A stretch of 40,389 nucleotides of DNA, taken from NCBI GenBank assembly GCA_031265535.1, contig JAISCO010000322.1, positions 1 to 40,389 of the forward strand, written 5' to 3'. Numbering within the stretch: the stretch's first letter is position 1; each line of letters begins with the position of its first letter. Position numbers and translations under genes: made by a program. Positions 15,874 to 21,887 of this stretch are shown piece after piece. Source of the DNA: Spirochaetaceae bacterium (GTDB lineage: Bacteria > Spirochaetota > Spirochaetia > Treponematales > Breznakiellaceae). The notes beneath the pieces are model-generated. The model searched no databases, was not told the origin of the DNA, and worked only from the letters and a program-made list of their open reading frames with translations.

Positions 15874-17973
15874 TTATGTGTCGTCTGCGGTTAGATACAT
15901 CCATCTACTAACAAAGTAAACAAAGATACCAATGCTCCAACCAATCAAGGCATCAATGATAGCACCGCCGATACCACCGAAGAAGAAACCCCTGGATCCG
16001 CGAAGAGAGCCGATAAAGCTGCTTATAACCATACAAGCGCAGAACCCTAATTCGCCACCAAAGAGTTCCATTGCGAAATTATTAATGATGTAGTAGATGA
16101 GAACAGAAATAGCGCCGATGATGGTACCGATAATTGCGCAGACGACAACACCATTGCTGCCTTGAAAGATGGCACTACCGATGGCATCGACAATAATACT
16201 GGCGATGGCAATGACAAGTATTATTTTCTTTTTTCGTTCTCTTTTGAATTCCTCACTCAGCTTCCACCAGACTTCCTCCTCCTGTTCCCGCCTCTCTTCT
16301 TCTTCCCGCTTCCGTCTGGGTTCCTCCTCTTGTTTCCGTCTCTCTTCCGCAGAAATACGCGCCGCCAGTTCATCGGTTTTGCTCTTTTCACCCGGATCGG
16401 CGTCCAGTGCTTCGAACAAATAATTGCGTGCCAATTCAAAATACTCTTCGAGAAGTGCCTGTTCTGCGGCAGCAAAGTATTTTGCAAACGCTGCGGCGCT
16501 CTCTTCCTGCTTCCGTCTAGCGTCCTCTTCCTGCTTACGTATAGCGTCCTCTTCCTGCTTACGTCTAGCGTCCTCTTCCTGTTTCCGCCTCTCTTCTGCG
16601 GAAATACGCGCCGCCAGTTCATCGATCTTGATCTTTTTGCCCGGATCGGCAGCCTGCGCATCGGACAAAGAACGGCGCGCCAATTCAAAATCGCTCTTGC
16701 TAAGGGCCTGTTCCGCGGCAGCGAAGTATTTTTCAAACGTTGCGGCGCTCTCCTCTCGCTTTCTGTCATCCTCCCGCTTCCGTCTCTCTTCCGCAGAAAT
16801 ACGCGCTGCCAGTTCATCAGTCTTGATCTTTTTGCCCGGATCGGCAGCCTGCGCCTGGGACAAATAAATGCGTGCCAATTCAAAATCGCTCTTGCGAAGG
16901 GCCTGTTCCGCGGCAGCGAAGTATTTTTCAAACGCGGCGGTACTCTCCTCCTGCTTCCGTCTCGTCTCTTCTTCCCGCTTCCGCCTCTCCTCCTCCTCAA
17001 ATCTCGCCGGGATATAAAGCTCACCTTGTAATCCCGCTTCCTTGTTATAGATATTTACCGATACCATATAATCGCAGCCAAAGATGGCCGAGATTTTATT
17101 TATATACACTTCGGCCAATTCGCGGTCTAACAAATCCTGCTTGCTGGAGGAATAGGATTTCATCTGAGCGAATAACTCTGTCAGCGACGGATTTTTATAT
17201 TTCAGGTGTGCTTCATAGCCCCGGCGGTGATCTTCTGTGTCGAATACATAGGTCTTGCCGTAAGTAGCCAGAGAAGAGCAGAGATGCCCTGCCGGATCCT
17301 TATCATGCGGCCCGGATAACTTACCGGCGAATCCGTCAAACAGGCTTTTTAGTGCGGATGTTGATTTACCGCGATACTCCGCGGCTTTTTCCGGCTCACC
17401 GGCCATGCACGCGGCAAAGGCATATAAATCTTCCGCCGCCGTAAAGTCAGTCCATTTTTTATTTTCAGGATTCCGTAACGCCTCAAGTTCCTTATACGCT
17501 ATATCCGCGTTTTTTGGAAACTTTGGGTAGTGCTTGTTGAACAGTTCATCTCTGGGGATTTCTGTAAATCCGGCATTGCGAAAAACCTCTTTTACATGGC
17601 CTTCGGACAGCATTGTCCTTTTGCTATGGCGGCGAATCGTACCATCAGTAAACTTATGGGAAGGCAGCAGCAAAACGACCGCCCTTAGTTTCTCGATTTC
17701 TTTTTTTACTTTATCTTCCGCCAGCTTGCTATAAGCGGGAGTGAGTTTATCATCATTACCAATGATAGAGTCTTTTGATCCCTTTTTTATGATGGTATCC
17801 AAAAAAGACTGTTTTCCCGTGATTTCATCATGCTCCAATTGCTGCGTGGCAGAGGAAAGAGCAGCAACAAGTTCTTTTTTTGACTTTTCGATAGCGCCGG
17901 TAACCTTCTGCGCCGCCTGTTCCGGCGGGTCAAAAGGCAAGTGTGTCAAATCAAAGAAATCGTAGTCAGTCAT
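15874..17973 (-). CDS. shared N-terminal module + 3 TPR-like hairpin cassettes in E/R/K-rich linkers + C-terminal glycine-zipper multi-TM domain
   Basis: 699 aa. Three copies of 'FEKYFAAAEQAL.KSDFELAR..L..AQAADPGKK.K.DELAARISAEERRK.EE'. The last ~119 aa are hydrophobic and Gly-rich (IIGTIIGAISVLIYY...FFFGGIGGAIIDALIGWSIGIFVYF). Confidence 0.9.
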   Translation of the reverse strand: MTDYDFFDLTHLPFDPPEQAAQKVTGAIEKSKKELVAALSSATQQLEHDEITGKQSFLDTIIKKGSKDSIIGNDDKLTPAYSKLAEDKVKKEIEKLRAVVLLLPSHKFTDGTIRRHSKRTMLSEGHVKEVFRNAGFTEIPRDELFNKHYPKFPKNADIAYKELEALRNPENKKWTDFTAAEDLYAFAACMAGEPEKAAEYRGKSTSALKSLFDGFAGKLSGPHDKDPAGHLCSSLATYGKTYVFDTEDHRRGYEAHLKYKNPSLTELFAQMKSYSSSKQDLLDRELAEVYINKISAIFGCDYMVSVNIYNKEAGLQGELYIPARFEEEERRKREEETRRKQEESTAAFEKYFAAAEQALRKSDFELARIYLSQAQAADPGKKIKTDELAARISAEERRKREDDRKREESAATFEKYFAAAEQALSKSDFELARRSLSDAQAADPGKKIKIDELAARISAEERRKQEEDARRKQEEDAIRKQEEDARRKQEESAAAFAKYFAAAEQALLEEYFELARNYLFEALDADPGEKSKTDELAARISAEERRKQEEEPRRKREEEERREQEEEVWWKLSEEFKRERKKKIILVIAIASIIVDAIGSAIFQGSNGVVVCAIIGTIIGAISVLIYYIINNFAMELFGGELGFCACMVISSFIGSLRGSRGFFFGGIGGAIIDALIGWSIGIFVYFVSRWMYLTADDT
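16349..16945 (-). repeat. three ~150-bp copies of a TPR-like-hairpin coding cassette
   Basis: Copies lie at about 16349-16500, 16598-16749 and 16792-16945. Single copies of the same cassette lie at about 10390-10550 and 12880-13033 in two other genes. Confidence 0.85.
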
Positions 17974-17988
17974 GATTTATCATCCTTT

Positions 17989-20172
17989 TCAATCATCCCA
18001 GGTTTCCGTGTCCGCGGCGCTTCGATCAAGGCCGCTTTGCGCGGCAGCGCCTAAACTTTGCGCAATCGTTCCAAAGGCGCTCGTCAGTTCCGACTGCGAA
18101 ACAAGCAGCGCATTGGCGTCTTTGGATGATATATCCTGTAAAAACTTCTTGTCGGCTTTTCCAAAGCCGATGGCCGCCGTTTCGATCTCCGCGTGGTTGC
18201 ACTGTTTTGCCGCCGCGATTGCCGCTTCCTGGCAGCGCCAAACGCCGTCTGCCAGGATAACGGCAAAACGCCGCCCGTCCTCGTCCGCAAGCATGTTCCT
18301 GATGTCGGTAAACGGGTGTGCGCTGTTGCAATACCCGGTCTGCCCGCTGGTAATGGACTGAATGGCCCGTATGCAGGCATCCTCATTGTCGGTGAGTCCC
18401 GTTATCTCGGCTGTCCTGTCGGATACGGCAAGTATGCCGACCCGGGTGAATGAAAAATCCATATTGCGAATAAAATCGCACATCGCGTTCTGGGCGGCTC
18501 TTAGCGGGTCTCCATCCATACTGCCCGAAACATCAACAGCCATGACGACATTCAACGGTTCGGGTTTAAGGAACTCCGCCGGGTCAATGGGCAGCGCGTA
18601 TTTCGACATATCCTCCGGCACCGGTTCTTTGCGAATGGGCAAGTCGCCGCAACCGCTTTCCTGCCGCGCCTGCACCTGGATAATCCCGTTGTTGTCGTAA
18701 CTGTACTGGACCTTGATTATAGTTTTCCCTTTTTGTCCTTTTACGTGCTGAATGCCGGAGACAAGGTATTTGTACGGGATCTGGTTGTCGAGCGGGTTTT
18801 CCTTGTCGCCCTGTAAAACATAAACCTCCATCTCGTTAGCGCCGCGAGCGGAAGTGTAAAACGCAAATGCTTTGGCAACGCGAACCGGGCGCGGGTGGTT
18901 GGCGGGGATTATAATATCGTTAATATACCCGGCGCCGTCCGTACTGACGGCTATAATGCCCATCGCGTGAGCGGTCGTCTCCCTTAGTTTCAGAAGGCCG
19001 ACGCTAGAGAGCTTTTGCGAAGGTTTAACGCTCACCTGAGAACTTAAGCCGCTGTGGGCCGTAACTTTTTTCCCGTCGCTCATCACCTGTATAGCGAGCG
19101 CGGCATAAGGTTCGTTTTCTTTGGTGGACTGTATCGCGGCGCCCAAAGCGACAGCTTCATCGGGATTTACATGGGTTATGGGCTTTTTACCGAACATATC
19201 CAGAATGTACCGTGAAACCTGCGGCATACGGGTAGAACCCCCGACCAGCAGCACATCCGTTACGTCACGAATGTTTAATCCGGCGTCGGAGAGGACGGTG
19301 TTGCAAAGCGATACCGTCCTGTCAAGCAGGTCCCTTGTGTTTTCTTCAAACTCGCCGCGATTGACCATAACGCTCGCGGAACCAAAATCAGGGATGGAAG
19401 CGCTGACCTTTACGGACTGCATGGCGCTTAATTGCTTTTTTACGCCTTCAGCCATGCCGCGGAACATGGCTTTTATACCGGCGCCGGAGTGTGTATCAAT
19501 ACCTGTTTCCGCCGCAAATTTATCCATCAGCAGTTGTTCTATGCGGTCGTCCCAATCACGGCCGCCAAGTAAATGATTGCCCCGCGTTGTGATAGTCGAT
19601 AAATCGCCGTTAGGCCCCATCCGGGTTAAGGTTACGTCAAAGGTTCCGCCGCCTAGGTCGTAAACAAGAATATTCGCGTTCTCGCGCCAGTTGTTCAAGC
19701 CGTATGCCATCGCCGCCGCGTTAGGCTCGTCAATAATTTTCCTCACCTTTATACCCGCGGCATTTGCGGCCCGGACGGTCGCTTCGCGCTCGGCCGAGTA
19801 GAAGTAAGCGGGAACAGTAATTACCGCGTCCTTTATGGTATCGCCCAGTTCGGCTTCCGCGTCTTCCTTTAAGCGCCTAAGCAGCAGAGCGGATAAGTCC
19901 TCGGCGGTATAGGATTTGTCATCTATAAAGCAGTACGCCCCGGACTTTCCCATACCGCGTTTGAAGGTGGCCGCGCAGCCGGATTGTCCCGCGTTAAAGG
20001 CGCTCTCCGCCTCGGAACCGAAAATGGCCCGTCCGTTTACAAACTGGATAACGGACGGGGTTATGTTTTTGCCTTCGCGGTTGGGGATGATTTTCGGCAG
20101 CTTTGTTTGAGGGTCAATGTACGCCACCGCCGAAAAGGTCGTCCCCAGATCAATACCTACTGAAACAGCCAA
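17989..20172 (-). CDS. Hsp70 (NBD + SBD-beta) fused to a C-terminal vWA domain
   Basis: 727 aa. TTG start 8 nt after GGAGG. Hsp70 motifs GIDLGTTFS, IDEPNAAAMAYG, YDLGGGTFDVTL, LLVGGSTRMPQV. C-terminal MIDAS-type 'VVMAVDVSGSMDG' (DVSGS at 18520-18534). Confidence 0.85.
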   Translation of the reverse strand: MAVSVGIDLGTTFSAVAYIDPQTKLPKIIPNREGKNITPSVIQFVNGRAIFGSEAESAFNAGQSGCAATFKRGMGKSGAYCFIDDKSYTAEDLSALLLRRLKEDAEAELGDTIKDAVITVPAYFYSAEREATVRAANAAGIKVRKIIDEPNAAAMAYGLNNWRENANILVYDLGGGTFDVTLTRMGPNGDLSTITTRGNHLLGGRDWDDRIEQLLMDKFAAETGIDTHSGAGIKAMFRGMAEGVKKQLSAMQSVKVSASIPDFGSASVMVNRGEFEENTRDLLDRTVSLCNTVLSDAGLNIRDVTDVLLVGGSTRMPQVSRYILDMFGKKPITHVNPDEAVALGAAIQSTKENEPYAALAIQVMSDGKKVTAHSGLSSQVSVKPSQKLSSVGLLKLRETTAHAMGIIAVSTDGAGYINDIIIPANHPRPVRVAKAFAFYTSARGANEMEVYVLQGDKENPLDNQIPYKYLVSGIQHVKGQKGKTIIKVQYSYDNNGIIQVQARQESGCGDLPIRKEPVPEDMSKYALPIDPAEFLKPEPLNVVMAVDVSGSMDGDPLRAAQNAMCDFIRNMDFSFTRVGILAVSDRTAEITGLTDNEDACIRAIQSITSGQTGYCNSAHPFTDIRNMLADEDGRRFAVILADGVWRCQEAAIAAAKQCNHAEIETAAIGFGKADKKFLQDISSKDANALLVSQSELTSAFGTIAQSLGAAAQSGLDRSAADTETWDD

Positions 20173-20189
20173 AACTTGTACCTCCTCTT

Positions 20190-21869
20190 CTATTTGTGAT
20201 CAAAACCGCTCTCAATTTGTCCGCGGGGGTTTATCGAAGCAAGAAATTTTTTTGCTTCGTCCATTTCTTCCTCTGTTTTGGGATTTCCTCTTTCTATGAC
20301 GGCGCTGACCGATTCGCCGGTTAAAGTATTGGTTGCCGAGACTTCAAGCCCGATTTCGCTGGCACGGAAGACTACCTCAATTGGCGAACTATTTGGGGTG
20401 TTGGGGGGCAGCTTTAAACTGAGCTCGCCGATCTTATTGACCATAAGAGCCGGGTCGGTGGGCTGATCATTGCCGTTCATATCTTCGGAGGGAGTAACGT
20501 GCGTGTTCACCCGGTCCCTCGAAGCATTTTGGAACACGACAAGGTTAACCACGCGCTGATTATCGCAGCGCGTGTAATAGGTAGAGGTCGCCTCTGCCGG
20601 TATCTCATCATTGACAAAGAGCAGATTGTCAATCACATACAAGTCATTTTTATCCAGAATACCCGGCCCCAGGGAGCGGTTGAGTTTGTCTTTGACAGTG
20701 ATATGCCGCGGTACGTTTTGCAGCAGCTTTTCTTCTTCTTTTTTGGTAATGGGAGTCGGTTCTTCTTTAATACGCTCTTGGATCTGCTCGTTATATTTTA
20801 TAGCGGCAGTTAAAGCCGCGCCTTTTGCGACAGCCAAGTGGGGCTGTTCAACACGCACCTTGCCGGGGAACAATCCCTCAACAGCGGCCTTAACCATAGG
20901 CATCAATGTAGACCCCCCAACGAGCAGTACAAGATCAACATCGTCCGCCTGAAGTTTTGCCTTCCCCAGCAATTGACGCACAAAGTCCATAGTCCGCTCG
21001 ACCAGGTCCCTGGTCCGCTCTTCGAACTTCTCGCGGCTTACCTCCAGGCGAGTGCCTTCACCGCCATAGCTGATTATAAAACTCTTGTTCGACATCGTAG
21101 AGAGATTTTTTTTAACAGTTTCCACCTGTGAACGGATCTTCTGGCGAAGTTCGCCTTCCATATCGTCCTGGGAAACTCCGGTTTGAGCGGTGTAAAGTTC
21201 GCATATATAGTCATACAGACTGGCGTCCCAGTTAATGCCGCCCAGGCGGTCGTTGCCGCCGGTTTCAATGACGTCAATAGTCGCCTTGTCGTTGTCGTCA
21301 ACACTAAAATCAAACAGTGTAATATCAAAGGTACCGCCGCCCAGGTCATAAACCATGATTTTACGGTTCTCACTGAACTCGTGGCAGCAATAGTTAAGCG
21401 CGGCGGCGGTCGGCTCATTGACAATCTTCAGGACTTCCAAGCCCGCAATGTCGCCCGCCCTTTTTGTCTCGGTGCGTTCATTATCACCAAAATACGCGGG
21501 GCATGTGATAACGACGTTTTTCACCTGATGGCCCTGCGCTTCGGCATATACTTTCATACGCTTCAGAATGAGAGCAGAGATTTCTGCGGGGTCATACTTT
21601 TTCCCGTTAAATTCACGAATCTGAGCGTCTTTCTTGCCGATTTCTCTTTTGACAAACTGAACGACTCTGTCAGGTTCAAGTTCCGCCTGACTCTTAGCCG
21701 CTTCTCCGATCACCGGATCGCCTTCACTTGGGAAGTAAACGGCGGACGCAAGCAAATCGCCGCCGTCATCATAGTTTTGAATAACCTCCGGCATTCCGTT
21801 TTCATTCAGAGTCGTGATGACCGAGTAAGTAGTACCCAGGTCAATACCATAAACTTTTTCCTTTTCCAT
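20190..21869 (-). CDS. Hsp70-family ATPase with SBD-beta but little or no helical lid
   Basis: 559 aa. Motifs GIDLGTTYS, VNEPTAAALNY, YDLGGGTFDITL, LLVGGSTLMPMV. SBD-beta-like '...IEVVFRASEIGLEVSATN'. SD AAGGAG. Confidence 0.85.
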   Translation of the reverse strand: MEKEKVYGIDLGTTYSVITTLNENGMPEVIQNYDDGGDLLASAVYFPSEGDPVIGEAAKSQAELEPDRVVQFVKREIGKKDAQIREFNGKKYDPAEISALILKRMKVYAEAQGHQVKNVVITCPAYFGDNERTETKRAGDIAGLEVLKIVNEPTAAALNYCCHEFSENRKIMVYDLGGGTFDITLFDFSVDDNDKATIDVIETGGNDRLGGINWDASLYDYICELYTAQTGVSQDDMEGELRQKIRSQVETVKKNLSTMSNKSFIISYGGEGTRLEVSREKFEERTRDLVERTMDFVRQLLGKAKLQADDVDLVLLVGGSTLMPMVKAAVEGLFPGKVRVEQPHLAVAKGAALTAAIKYNEQIQERIKEEPTPITKKEEEKLLQNVPRHITVKDKLNRSLGPGILDKNDLYVIDNLLFVNDEIPAEATSTYYTRCDNQRVVNLVVFQNASRDRVNTHVTPSEDMNGNDQPTDPALMVNKIGELSLKLPPNTPNSSPIEVVFRASEIGLEVSATNTLTGESVSAVIERGNPKTEEEMDEAKKFLASINPRGQIESGFDHK

Positions 21870-21887
21870 AATAATAATTCTCCTTAC

